Notes: generated by a model not told the origin, from the sequence alone. A stretch of DNA of 64,000 nucleotides from a virus (IMGVR_UViG_2791355405_000002:1-64000), one strand, 5' to 3'; counted from the stretch's first letter, positions 46,974 through 55,760 are shown. Made by a program: numbers and translations.

Positions 46974-47438
46974 ATGACCGAGCTCAAGACTTCCACCGGC
47001 CCCGAGGACCACGCCCTGAGCGCCCTCAACGCGATCACCCGCGACGACCCCGAGGCGGCCCGGGAGCACATCCGCGCCCTGTCCTTCCGGGACCGCGCCC
47101 TGATCACCGCGTGGGCCGGGGAGTTGTCCAGGCTTGTCCAGGACGAACAGGACAACTACGAGATCTCCGAGCGACGGGCCGCTCGCGATCGACACGCGGC
47201 TGAAGATCGCGCGGCTACGAGCCGCAAAGTTCTGCGCACACGCATCAGCCTCATGTTCGAGGAGTCCGGCGCTGACGCTCCCGCCGTGCGCGTGACCGAC
47301 TTCGCCGACCTCCGGCAGAGCCGGCCCTGGATCGTCGGCGAACTGAAGCAGCTCACCGACGAGGGCGTGCTGGAGCCGGTCCCCGACTACCCGGGGCGGT
47401 ACGTCGTCCTCAAGGCGCCTGACGGGGACAGCGTCTGA
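46974..47438 (+). CDS. Protein with C-terminal TraB-like wHTH
   Basis: VTDFADLRQSRPWIVGELKQLTDEGVL. Confidence 0.7.
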   Translation: MTELKTSTGPEDHALSALNAITRDDPEAAREHIRALSFRDRALITAWAGELSRLVQDEQDNYEISERRAARDRHAAEDRAATSRKVLRTRISLMFEESGADAPAVRVTDFADLRQSRPWIVGELKQLTDEGVLEPVPDYPGRYVVLKAPDGDSV

Positions 47439-47640
47439 CGGGACAGTGGGACAGGGACAAGAGACGCCGAGGGGCTCCGGGACACCGGGGCCCCTTCGTC
47501 GTGTCCCGGGACAACCGGCCGTCGGGACAGAGCGAGCGTGTCCCCGGAGGGACACGGGACAAGGGGACAGATCGGCCCGTGTCCCGCCGGGGACATGTCC
47601 CGGGACAAATGTTTGCCGGGGCACGGGACAAGGGGACAGA
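47425..47640. repeat. Dense GGGACA/TGTCCC hexamer array (intergenic)
   Basis: About 18 copies by manual count in ~215 bp, both orientations. Confidence 0.85.
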
Positions 47641-47710
47641 TCAGGTGTACGATGATTTAAGAAAATCAGCACCGACCAAGGAATCGTGACCAAGGAAGAG
47701 AGGACAGACG

Positions 47711-48949
47711 ATGTCCCGCATGTCCCGTCAGACGGCCGCCACCGTCGGGCTCCTTGTCCCGGCCGCACTGGCCCTGACCATGTCCGCCGACACCTCGTAC
47801 CGCTTCATGGAGACGGCGCTTCAGATCACCGACGAGAACGAGCGGATGGCCCTGTGCGGCGTCGCCGAGGCGGCCATCATCGCCCTCACGGTCTACTCCT
47901 GGGCTACCCGGACCAAGGGCCCTGCGTACCTCGCCTACGCCGCCGTCCTCGTGCAGGCCCTCCCTGCCTTCACGGTCTCCGGCAGCGTCGGCGGCCCGGT
48001 GCGTGTCGTCCTCGGCCCCGTGCTCCTGGCCGTCCTCCTGCACCTGCTCCTGGGCCTTGAGCTGCGGATGTCCGGCGAGAAGTCGACCGGCATCCTGGCC
48101 TCCGCCCTGCGTGAGATGCGGGAACGTCTCGTCGCATTCCTCGGCATCGGCCGGCGCGGCGCCGACAGCGCGGCTATCGCCCGCAGCCGGGCCGCTGACC
48201 GTGCCGTAGACCTCGCGGACCGCCTGGAGGGCGCTGAGCCTGGCAAGCGCAGGCACACCCGCCTGACGGCCAAGCTGGCCGCCCAGATCGATGCGGCCCG
48301 CCACGGGCTGGACGCGGACGAGGCCGCAGCCGCCGAAGCAGCGATCGTCGCGCGGGTGGTCCGGCGCAAGTCGGTCAAGTCCCTCGCCAACATCAAGTCG
48401 CGGCACGACTGGACGTTGTCCCTTGTCCCGGCTGAGGGCGGAGCCCGGGACAAGGGACACAGCGATGTCCCCGGGGACATGTCCCCAGCGCCGGTTGTCC
48501 CGGTGTCCCCTGTCCCCCAGGACGGTGTCCCAGCCGCCGTGTCCCCCGCGCCGGTTGTCCCCGCGCGTGTCCCGGCGGTCGTGTCCCGTCCTCGCTCGGC
48601 TGTCCCCGCCGTGTCCCCCTCGCGTCCCTCGGTCCACGTGTCCCTGGACAAGGTCTCCGAGTCTGTCCCGGCCGACCGGGACATGTCCCGGGACAGCGCG
48701 CGCTACGAGGTGAAGTCGTTCGGGGACATCACGGCCGAAGCGCGCGGCGAGTCCCCGGACACGGGACAGGCCGTGGTCGATGTCCCCGAGGACCGGCTGG
48801 GCAGCGTGGCCTCCGTCGTCCGGTTCCTGACCGAGACGGGACACAGCCGGGACGAGATCCGGAGGATTGTCCCGACCCTGCCTCTGGAGAAGCCTGCGGG
48901 TGAGGAGGCCTTGAAGAAGGCGATCCAGCGGTGCGGGCCCAAGGCGTAG
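47711..48949 (+). CDS. SpdB-like membrane spread protein
   Basis: SADTSYRF, four TM segments, LLHLLLGLELR, Pro/Val/Ser repeat region; upstream of traA/traB. Confidence 0.65.
   Translation: MSRMSRQTAATVGLLVPAALALTMSADTSYRFMETALQITDENERMALCGVAEAAIIALTVYSWATRTKGPAYLAYAAVLVQALPAFTVSGSVGGPVRVVLGPVLLAVLLHLLLGLELRMSGEKSTGILASALREMRERLVAFLGIGRRGADSAAIARSRAADRAVDLADRLEGAEPGKRRHTRLTAKLAAQIDAARHGLDADEAAAAEAAIVARVVRRKSVKSLANIKSRHDWTLSLVPAEGGARDKGHSDVPGDMSPAPVVPVSPVPQDGVPAAVSPAPVVPARVPAVVSRPRSAVPAVSPSRPSVHVSLDKVSESVPADRDMSRDSARYEVKSFGDITAEARGESPDTGQAVVDVPEDRLGSVASVVRFLTETGHSRDEIRRIVPTLPLEKPAGEEALKKAIQRCGPKA
48417..48873. repeat. TGTCCC/GGGACA hexamer array within the spdB-like CDS
   Basis: About 27 copies by manual count, in different codon phases and both orientations. 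Confidence 0.85.
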
Positions 48950-49067
48950 AACGGCCTTGCGGTCGGCAGCCGACCGCGAGACGCTTGATTTAGGTAAAGC
49001 CCTACCGGGGACAACCTCGGTAGGGCTTTCGCCCATCAGGAACCAGGAATCAGGAAGAGAGGCGGCC

Positions 49068-49634
49068 ATGAGCCGTATCGGAGAGAACCACCCGGACAAC
49101 CCGTTCAGCGCGGCCGGCCGCGCCAACGGACAGACCAACGACCAGCTCCGCAACCGGGGACTGGACGGCCAGGGCAACCCCCTGCCGAACAAGAACTTCG
49201 CAGGTCAGAAGTCGTTCCGGTCGGGCGGTTCGAGGAACCAGGGCATCGCCCAGCTCGCCCAATCCATCGGCGACATGGACCTGGCCAACCAGGAAGACCT
49301 CCACGCCTTCTGTGACGCGATCAGGAAGATCCTGAACTATTTCGCGATCTCCGTGGAATTGGCAAAGGGCCAGCTCAAGGCAGCTTCCCGGCAGATGGCG
49401 AAGGAGTCTGTTGACGGGCGGCTGACGATGACGCAGCGCGCCGAACTGGCCAGGGCGCTGTCCATGATGAGCCGCGACCTGGACGCGGTCTCGCGCGCGT
49501 GCATCGCCGGAGCGGTCGGCGCGGTCAAGGCCTGGCGCAGGTTCGACTCGTTCCTGGGCGACCTGGACAAGGGCAACGACTCCAAGTTCACCCGCCCCGG
49601 GGGCCGTGGTCGCGGCCCCTTCACCGTGGTGTAG
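49068..49634 (+). CDS. TraA-like plasmid transfer accessory protein
   Basis: Helical protein directly upstream of traB, as in Streptomyces plasmids. Confidence 0.55.
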   Translation: MSRIGENHPDNPFSAAGRANGQTNDQLRNRGLDGQGNPLPNKNFAGQKSFRSGGSRNQGIAQLAQSIGDMDLANQEDLHAFCDAIRKILNYFAISVELAKGQLKAASRQMAKESVDGRLTMTQRAELARALSMMSRDLDAVSRACIAGAVGAVKAWRRFDSFLGDLDKGNDSKFTRPGGRGRGPFTVV

Positions 49635-49639
49635 GGGCG

Positions 49640-51637
49640 GTGGACAACGTGTCGAACAGTCACCGCGTGCGCGGATACGCCCTGTTCAGGGTGCCTGAGC
49701 GCATCGTCTCGTACGTCCTGCCGTGGGCCATCGTCGTGGCCGTGTGGCCGCTGACCCTGGTACTCCACCTCGCCATCGGCGACAGCCCGTTGTGGGTGGG
49801 CCTGCTCGCCGTCGGGTTCACCTACCTCGCGCATCAGACATGGAAGATCTGGACGGTGCGCCGCCAGGAGACCCGGAACATGGCGACGGTCTTCGTCGTT
49901 GCCGTCCTGACCTGGGCACTCTTCGCCGTGGCGATCCGTCCCTGGCAAGCCGACATCGTCAAGGCGTGGGCCATCGGCGGCCTCGTCATGTCGGTCGCCT
50001 GGTGCATCCGGCACGCGGCCCTGTCGGGCATCCGGGACACCGACAAGTCCCCGGAGACCAGCGGAAACGACGGCCTGCTGAGCAAGATCCGGGCGTTCAA
50101 GGACGCCAAGGTTGGCAAGGTGACGGAGACCGCCGACGAGCTGCGCGTCCCGGTCCACCTGGACGCGCCGACCACGGCGAAGGAGGCGCAGGACGCCCGT
50201 GAGCAGATCGCGGCCGTCGCCGGTGTGGGCGCTGACCAGGTGAAAGTCCTCAAGGTCAAAGGCGACGAGAGCAAGGTCAACGTGGCGTTCACCCGGGACA
50301 CCAGCGACGCCAAGCCGGTCATCTGGAAGGGCCCGAGGCACCTCGGCAAGTCCATCGCGGACGCGCCGATCTGGCTCGGCGGACGCACCGACGGCTCCGA
50401 CATCAACTGGTGGATCGTCGGCTCTGAGGACGACGAAAACCCCAGGCCACTGGCTCACACGAAGTGCACAGGCATGACCGGCGCGGGCAAGACGGAGACC
50501 ATCTGCACCGCCATCCTCCAGATGCGCGAGCGCACCGACGTCGTCCCGGTCGTGGGCGACCCTGCCAAGTTCCAGCAGTCGTTCGGCGACATCGAGGAGG
50601 TGCTGGGCCTGGCCGCGAAGACCCGGGAGGACACCGAGCAACTGGTGCGCAACCTCATCCCGCTCATCGAGTACCGAGCCGGCTTGTTCGGCACGCTGAC
50701 CAGGGCAGACGGCGGCAAGGGCTACAAGCAGTGGGTGCCTGAGATGTACACGCTGCACGGCATCCCGGCCATCTTCCTGGACATCGAGGAGGCCGCCGAC
50801 GTGCTGATGGTCGTGGACGAGGAGGCCGACGAGGCTCTGCGCAAGCTGCGCTCCATCGGCGTGCACTTCTGCGCGTCGATGCAGACCATGCCGCACGACA
50901 ACATCCCCCGGAAAACCCGAGGTCAGTTCGCCCAGAGCCTGGCCCACGGGCAGAAGGAGTTCCAGGACGCAAAGTACAGCCTGGAGGCCGAGACGCTGGA
51001 GGCAGGGGCCGACCCGACCAAGTGGGCCAACAACGCGCCCGGCAGCCTGTATGCCGAGGTCACGGGCACGGACAAGGCTCATTGGCCTGTCGACGGCCGG
51101 GCGCCGCGCGTGAAGGCGGCCGACCGTGAGGAGATGATCCGGGTCACCCGTCCGTACTGGGCGGAACTGGACGAGGGCAGCTACCGCATCCTCTCCCGGG
51201 GTATCGCGGACGAGCACGACGGGGCCGCGCCGGCGGCCGTGGACCAGCCCTTGGAGGGCACCGTGGACGACGACTTCGCCGAGGTCAGCGGCCTGGATCT
51301 GACCAGCGACGGAATCGACACGAGCGAGCCGCTGGCCGCGCCGAGCGGCCCGGAGGTCACGTTCGCCGCGCCGCTGAACACGAGCCGGATGACCGACGAG
51401 GACGCTCGCGCGGAGCTGCTGAACCGCATCGGGATCCTGGCCGCCGGACCGAGGACCGAGGTCACGTTCGAGGCTCTGGAGGACATCCCGGAGCTGGTCG
51501 GCAGGCCCCGTGGATGGGTGTACGGCGAGCTGGAGCAGCTCGCTGATGACGGCGTGCTGCGCCGGCTCAACCCGCCCACCGAGAAGGCCGTCTACGAGAT
51601 CACCGGCAGCCTGTACGCGGAGGCCGCCGCCGGGTGA
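49640..51637 (+). CDS. traB: TraB FtsK/SpoIIIE-like conjugative DNA translocase
   Basis: N-terminal TM segments, GMTGAGKT Walker A, IEEAA, LRSIGV..SMQ, WANNAPG, C-terminal GRPRGWVYGEL wHTH. Confidence 0.88.
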   Translation: MDNVSNSHRVRGYALFRVPERIVSYVLPWAIVVAVWPLTLVLHLAIGDSPLWVGLLAVGFTYLAHQTWKIWTVRRQETRNMATVFVVAVLTWALFAVAIRPWQADIVKAWAIGGLVMSVAWCIRHAALSGIRDTDKSPETSGNDGLLSKIRAFKDAKVGKVTETADELRVPVHLDAPTTAKEAQDAREQIAAVAGVGADQVKVLKVKGDESKVNVAFTRDTSDAKPVIWKGPRHLGKSIADAPIWLGGRTDGSDINWWIVGSEDDENPRPLAHTKCTGMTGAGKTETICTAILQMRERTDVVPVVGDPAKFQQSFGDIEEVLGLAAKTREDTEQLVRNLIPLIEYRAGLFGTLTRADGGKGYKQWVPEMYTLHGIPAIFLDIEEAADVLMVVDEEADEALRKLRSIGVHFCASMQTMPHDNIPRKTRGQFAQSLAHGQKEFQDAKYSLEAETLEAGADPTKWANNAPGSLYAEVTGTDKAHWPVDGRAPRVKAADREEMIRVTRPYWAELDEGSYRILSRGIADEHDGAAPAAVDQPLEGTVDDDFAEVSGLDLTSDGIDTSEPLAAPSGPEVTFAAPLNTSRMTDEDARAELLNRIGILAAGPRTEVTFEALEDIPELVGRPRGWVYGELEQLADDGVLRRLNPPTEKAVYEITGSLYAEAAAG

Positions 51638-51654
51638 GACCCACGGTTCGCACC

Positions 51655-51800
51655 CCCTCAGGGCGGGCATCCCCAGTGTCAGGGGTGCCCGCCCTGACAC
51701 GTCTCTGACGGGCCGTGGTGGCACCGCTGACGCGTCAGCAGACGCCGCCTGACTGTCCGTGACTCCAGCGATTACACGGGTCTGACAGGGGCCCTGACAG
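51655..51800. repeat. Hairpin plus CTGAC repeats after traB (clt candidate)
   Basis: CTGAC at 51694, 51705, 51727, 51749, 51782, 51794; GTCAG at 51678, 51734. Confidence 0.5.
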
Positions 51801-51885
51801 CCTCGGCAGCGCTGCGACCTAAGACTCTTCCCCGCCCGGCCCGGCCGGAGCGGACAACCACCGATGACGCAAGGACTGATGACAC

Positions 51886-52278
51886 ATGACCAAGGAACTC
51901 AACTGCACCGGATGCGGCCTCCAGGCGGTCCACACCCAGACGGTCCCGCTGTGCCCCCGGTGCGCCCTGGCCGTCGCCGAGGAAGCGTTGGGCGTCGTGT
52001 TCGCCGGGCTGCGCAGCGACGACGGGGTGATCAAGTTGCCCGCTGCGCCGGAGGACCGTATGAGCCCTGCGGAGGCGGACGACGTGACATACCAGCGGCT
52101 GTCCGCGCTGCGCCGGAAGGGCGTGAAGCGGGTGACCTACGAGGACTTCAAGGACTTGCGGGAGATCACAGGCCGGTCCCGGCCGTGGGTCTACCGCTGG
52201 CTGGACAGCCGGGTGAAGGACGGCGATCTGATCAAGGACACGTCGCAGGACCGGGTGGGCTACACCTTCGCGTACTGA
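51886..52278 (+). CDS. Zn-finger + TraB-like wHTH protein
   Basis: CTGC...CPRC; VTYEDF...GRSRPWVYRWLD. Confidence 0.7.
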   Translation: MTKELNCTGCGLQAVHTQTVPLCPRCALAVAEEALGVVFAGLRSDDGVIKLPAAPEDRMSPAEADDVTYQRLSALRRKGVKRVTYEDFKDLREITGRSRPWVYRWLDSRVKDGDLIKDTSQDRVGYTFAY

Positions 52279-52287
52279 TCGCCGGGG

Positions 52288-52327
52288 TTGTGCGGACCGC
52301 CGGACCTGTGGTTTAATTAATTCATCG
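52288..52327 (+). promoter_or_regulatory. Early promoter/operator TTGTGC-18-TTTAAT
   Basis: GTGGTTTAATTAATTCAT palindrome. Confidence 0.7.
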
Positions 52328-52347
52328 GGACCGACCGGGAGGCATAC

Positions 52348-52584
52348 ATGAACCGCGATGACATCGTCTACTCCGTACCCAGCTACGAGAACGAGGCGGA
52401 CCGCTACGCAATGGACGAGTCCCCGCTGCGTCTGGGCGAACTCGGCGCCGGCCTCGGCCTGGGCGAGCCGGTTGCGACGCCCAAGGCTCGCGACCTGACC
52501 AACCCTCGGTTCCCGAACGGCTGCCTCACCGCACAGACCGAAGGCACCCGGTGCGGCTACGGTCACGACTGCCGCCCCGCCTGA
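52348..52584 (+). CDS. Hypothetical protein
   Basis: GGAGG RBS after promoter. Confidence 0.65.
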   Translation: MNRDDIVYSVPSYENEADRYAMDESPLRLGELGAGLGLGEPVATPKARDLTNPRFPNGCLTAQTEGTRCGYGHDCRPA

Positions 52585-52726
52585 TCAACTGAGACGCCCC
52601 GCCGACAGCCCCGGAGCCGCAACGGCCCGGGGCTTCGTCGTTCCCGCAGGTGGTTGGCGGGGCCGCCGTCGTGGTACACCTAATTCAGGGTCGCAGCGGC
52701 GGCCAAGACCTAGGAATCAAGGAATC

Positions 52727-53152
52727 GTGACCATGGAGATAGAGCGGAGGCATGCGCCGGTCACCGGCGAGCTGCTGGAGTACCTGCGGGCGAATCCGAT
52801 GACGGCGGAGCCGGTCGGCGAGGGCGGCAAGCAGGAAGTCCACGTCCACGTGCATCACCACTACGAGGCCCCGCCGGCCGTCCCCGCCGGGCACATCATG
52901 CACCAGGGCCCGGAGAAGACGGTGGCGGAGAAGGTGATCCCGTGGCTCTACACCGCGCTGGTCGCCTGCATCGTCCTGACCCTCTGTGCGGTGGCCCTCG
53001 CCACGGTGATGATCGTCGCCGTGGTGGTGCTGGCGGCGCTGGTGCTGCTCGGCCTGGTGGTCGCGCACATCATCAACTCCCACGCCGGCGCCGCAGAGGC
53101 GAAGGCCAAGGCCGAGGCGATGCTGGACAAGGGCAAGCACAAGAGGCGGTGA
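52727..53152 (+). CDS. SpdD-like membrane protein
   Basis: His-rich N-terminus, two TM segments, basic tail. Confidence 0.55.
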   Translation: MTMEIERRHAPVTGELLEYLRANPMTAEPVGEGGKQEVHVHVHHHYEAPPAVPAGHIMHQGPEKTVAEKVIPWLYTALVACIVLTLCAVALATVMIVAVVVLAALVLLGLVVAHIINSHAGAAEAKAKAEAMLDKGKHKRR

Positions 53153-53221
53153 GGCTCATGGCACCGCCGACCCGGAGAACCCCGGACCCGACGAGGGCCG
53201 GGGTTCTTTGCGTTGCGGGGG

Positions 53222-53257
53222 TTGTGCTCCGTCCCGAGTGATGGTTTAATTAAATCA
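53222..53257 (+). promoter_or_regulatory. Early promoter/operator TTGTGC-17-TTTAAT
   Basis: TGGTTTAATTAAATCA palindrome. Confidence 0.72.
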
Positions 53258-53284
53258 GTCGGGGAGAACGAGCCCGGCGGACAA

Positions 53285-53487
53285 CTCAACAGGGAGCGGC
53301 AACAACAAGGCGAGAACGACTCTGGTGGAGTCAAGAGGCGCAAAGCGTCGCAACGGCGAGCGGGTGAGAACCGGGCAGCCACGCGAACCCGTAGCCCATA
53401 CGGTAGGGCAGGGTGTGGTTGGCGGGATGGATGCTCCAAACCAGGCTGAGGATATGAATCGCATGAGCACCGCCGCTCCCTGTTGAG
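53285..53487 (+). ncRNA. Candidate structured ncRNA closed by a perfect 16-bp stem
   Basis: CTCAACAGGGAGCGGC (53285-53300) pairs with GCCGCTCCCTGTTGAG (53472-53487); internal hairpins; no credible ORF. Confidence 0.6.
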
Positions 53488-53517
53488 GTCCACAGACCAC
53501 GACGGAGGGAGCCGGGG

Positions 53518-53895
53518 ATGAGCCACCAGCGGACGCACCGCTACTGCGGCGGTAAGGGTGAAGTCCCCCGCACGTCGGGTATGCCCGGCTACTGCTTCGG
53601 CTGCGAAGGCACCGGCAAGATCACCGTTTACACCGCTGCGGAGAAGGCGGCCCGGCAGGCCAAGCGTGAACGGTGGGAGTCCGCCCGCGCCCTGGTCGAG
53701 AAGCACGCCCGCACGGTTCAGGCCCCGGAGGGTGTGCGGGCTCTGGTGTTCCGGCACGAAGTCGTCGCAGGGTTCGACACGCTCGGAGAGCGCGAGCCCC
53801 AGCGGATGGAAAAGCTGTACGCCTCGCTGGACGCGGGCCGGATCGACGACGTCGTGTATGCCCTGTACGAGTACCGGCAGTCCACCGCTGCCTGA
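53518..53895 (+). CDS. Hypothetical protein (DnaJ-like CxxCxGxG segment)
   Basis: YCGGKG...CFGCEGTG; GGAGG RBS. Confidence 0.7.
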   Translation: MSHQRTHRYCGGKGEVPRTSGMPGYCFGCEGTGKITVYTAAEKAARQAKRERWESARALVEKHARTVQAPEGVRALVFRHEVVAGFDTLGEREPQRMEKLYASLDAGRIDDVVYALYEYRQSTAA

Positions 53896-54094
53896 CCCGC
53901 ACCACCAACCAAGGAACGAGGAACCCTGTGAGCACCGACTACCCGAAGGATCCGCATCCTCGCCGTCGCCGGTGAACTGGCCTTACGGCTTCACCTGGAC
54001 GGAGGCGAGGTGGCCGACCTCGCCGGGCTGCCGAACGGCACGCACTCGGCCACCTGCGACTTCAACTGACCGACCACGAAACGAGGAACCCGCC

Positions 54095-54190
54095 ATGGCC
54101 GTTATCGCCCTCATCGCCATCATGTCCCCGCTCATCGCCGCCACACTGTGGCTCGTCTTCGCGCCCGTGACGAGCAGCACCGACGACTGA
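54095..54190 (+). CDS. Small membrane peptide
   Basis: Start-associated motif; MAVIALIAIMSPLIAATLWLVF. Confidence 0.55.
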   Translation: MAVIALIAIMSPLIAATLWLVFAPVTSSTDD

Positions 54191-54237
54191 CCGGACCGAC
54201 CCTCCGCAGCACCGACCAAGGAACGAGGAGACACGTC

Positions 54238-54519
54238 ATGGGCTGGAACCCATTCGCCCCGAAGCACCCGGCGTCCGACACCCCAGACGCCACGAGCGCT
54301 CCGCGCCCCAGGCAGTCCCGGCGCAGATCCCGCAACTCAGCCCCGGCCTCGTCGGGCCTGACGACGGAACAACTGCGCGGCCTGGCCGTGCACGAGGGCG
54401 GCACCGCCGACATTCGCGGGAACACCGCCATCGTCCGCGTGGACCGCTGGGACGAGGAGGCCCGCATCGCCACCCAGCGGTACGTGCGGCGATCCGACGG
54501 CACTTGGGTCGCCGGCTGA
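54238..54519 (+). CDS. Hypothetical protein
   Basis: Start-associated motif. Confidence 0.65.
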   Translation: MGWNPFAPKHPASDTPDATSAPRPRQSRRRSRNSAPASSGLTTEQLRGLAVHEGGTADIRGNTAIVRVDRWDEEARIATQRYVRRSDGTWVAG

Positions 54520-54551
54520 CCGCCGCACCCTGACCACGGAACGAGGAAGCG

Positions 54552-54755
54552 ATGACCACGAAGCACAACCACGCCCCGCGCTTCGGCCAGAAGTTCGACG
54601 GCTGTCCGCGCTGCGACGAGCTGAAGGCGGGAGCCGCGCCGGTCACCTGGGGCAAGTCCCGAAAGCAGCAGGACGCGGAGCGCGCGGCCGAGATCCGGGC
54701 GCACGACTGCAATGCGGCCGGTTGTTCCATCGTCTGCACCTTCGGGGACTGGTGA
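54552..54755 (+). CDS. Small Zn-binding protein
   Basis: HNH..CPRC..HDC..C..C; start-associated motif. Confidence 0.7.
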   Translation: MTTKHNHAPRFGQKFDGCPRCDELKAGAAPVTWGKSRKQQDAERAAEIRAHDCNAAGCSIVCTFGDW

Positions 54756-54757
54756 CC

Positions 54758-55153
54758 ATGACCGCAGCGAACCCCGCGCCCGTGCGGATCGTCTCCTTCG
54801 GCTACGGCCACGGCGACGCCCCGGCCGCCCACCTGACCCTGGATCTGCGCCACCACTTCCGGGACCCGCACGTGCGCCCGGAGATGCGCGAGCTGACCGC
54901 TGTTCACCGCAAGGTGCGCCGCGCCGTCCTCGGCACCCCGGGCGTCAAGGCCCTGCTGACCGCCGCCGTGCGGATGGTCCAGGCGTACGACGCCGGGCCG
55001 TCTGCTCAGGGCACGGTCGTCGCGGTCGGCTGCGTCGGTGGCCGTCACCGCTCCGCAGTCGCGGCCGATGCCCTCGCGCGCCGACTGCGCCGGCGGGGCC
55101 ATCGCGTGATCGTGGAGCACCGGGACCTGCACCGCCCCGTCATCATCCGCTGA
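54758..55153 (+). CDS. RapZ C-terminal domain protein
   Basis: IVSFGYGH, DLR..FRDPH and GCVGGRHRS motifs. Confidence 0.85.
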   Translation: MTAANPAPVRIVSFGYGHGDAPAAHLTLDLRHHFRDPHVRPEMRELTAVHRKVRRAVLGTPGVKALLTAAVRMVQAYDAGPSAQGTVVAVGCVGGRHRSAVAADALARRLRRRGHRVIVEHRDLHRPVIIR

Positions 55154-55198
55154 CTCACCCAGGGCTTCGTCGACCAAGGAACGAGGAATCACAGGATC

Positions 55199-55675
55199 AT
55201 GACCGACGCCGCTGGCACGTTCGCTGCCGCCTTCGGCGCCCTGTTCGTCGCCCACTCCGTTGGGGACCACTGGGTGCAAACGTCTTGGCAGGCGGCCCGC
55301 AAGGGCGACCGTTCGCGCACCGGGCTCGTCGCCTGCGGGCGGCACGTCCTCGGCCTGACCGCGACCAAGATCGTTCTGCTGCTCGTTGCCGTGGCCGTCC
55401 TCGGCCTGGACGTGAGTGTCACCGGCGTGGCAGTCGGCCTCGGCCTGGACGCGGCGACGCACTACTGGGCGGACCGCCGGCACACGCTCGCGGGCCTCTC
55501 CAAGGTCTGCCGCAAGACAGAGTTCCACGTCCTCGGCACCCCGGCGCACGAGCACCACCCGGTGGACGCCGGGGGCAAGTTCGCCCCGACGCTCGGCACG
55601 GGGGCCTACGCGCTGGACCAGTCGTTCCATCACCTCTGGTTGTTTGTCGCGGCGCTCATCATCGCCGCCGTCTGA
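55199..55675 (+). CDS. DUF3307-like membrane protein
   Basis: AHSVGDHWVQT, THYWADRR and LDQSFH motifs. Confidence 0.8.
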   Translation: MTDAAGTFAAAFGALFVAHSVGDHWVQTSWQAARKGDRSRTGLVACGRHVLGLTATKIVLLLVAVAVLGLDVSVTGVAVGLGLDAATHYWADRRHTLAGLSKVCRKTEFHVLGTPAHEHHPVDAGGKFAPTLGTGAYALDQSFHHLWLFVAALIIAAV

Positions 55676-55688
55676 CCGCAGGTCATCC

Positions 55689-55720
55689 AAGCCCCGGAGC
55701 CCCACGGTTCCGGGGCTTCG
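55689..55720 (+). terminator. Hairpin terminator
   Basis: AAGCCCCGGA...TCCGGGGCTT. Confidence 0.7.
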
Positions 55721-55731
55721 TCATGCTCCGG

Positions 55732-55760
55732 TCGGTGATTCAGCGAATCGGCGCTACCGT
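55732..55760 (+). promoter_or_regulatory. Putative late promoter TCGGTG-17-TACCGT
   Basis: Same class as the capsid/holin promoters. Confidence 0.55.

Noticed and set aside
47425-47640. CRISPR array or iteron origin
   Set aside because: Units are irregularly spaced hexamers in both orientations, with no repeat-spacer periodicity and no cas or rep gene adjacent
53285-53487. Retron msr-msd
   Set aside because: Flanking inverted repeats fit, but no reverse transcriptase is in the window
53928-54070. Gene behind the start-associated motif at 53908
   Set aside because: The frame closes after 15 codons; possibly a decayed cassette, not supportable as a CDS
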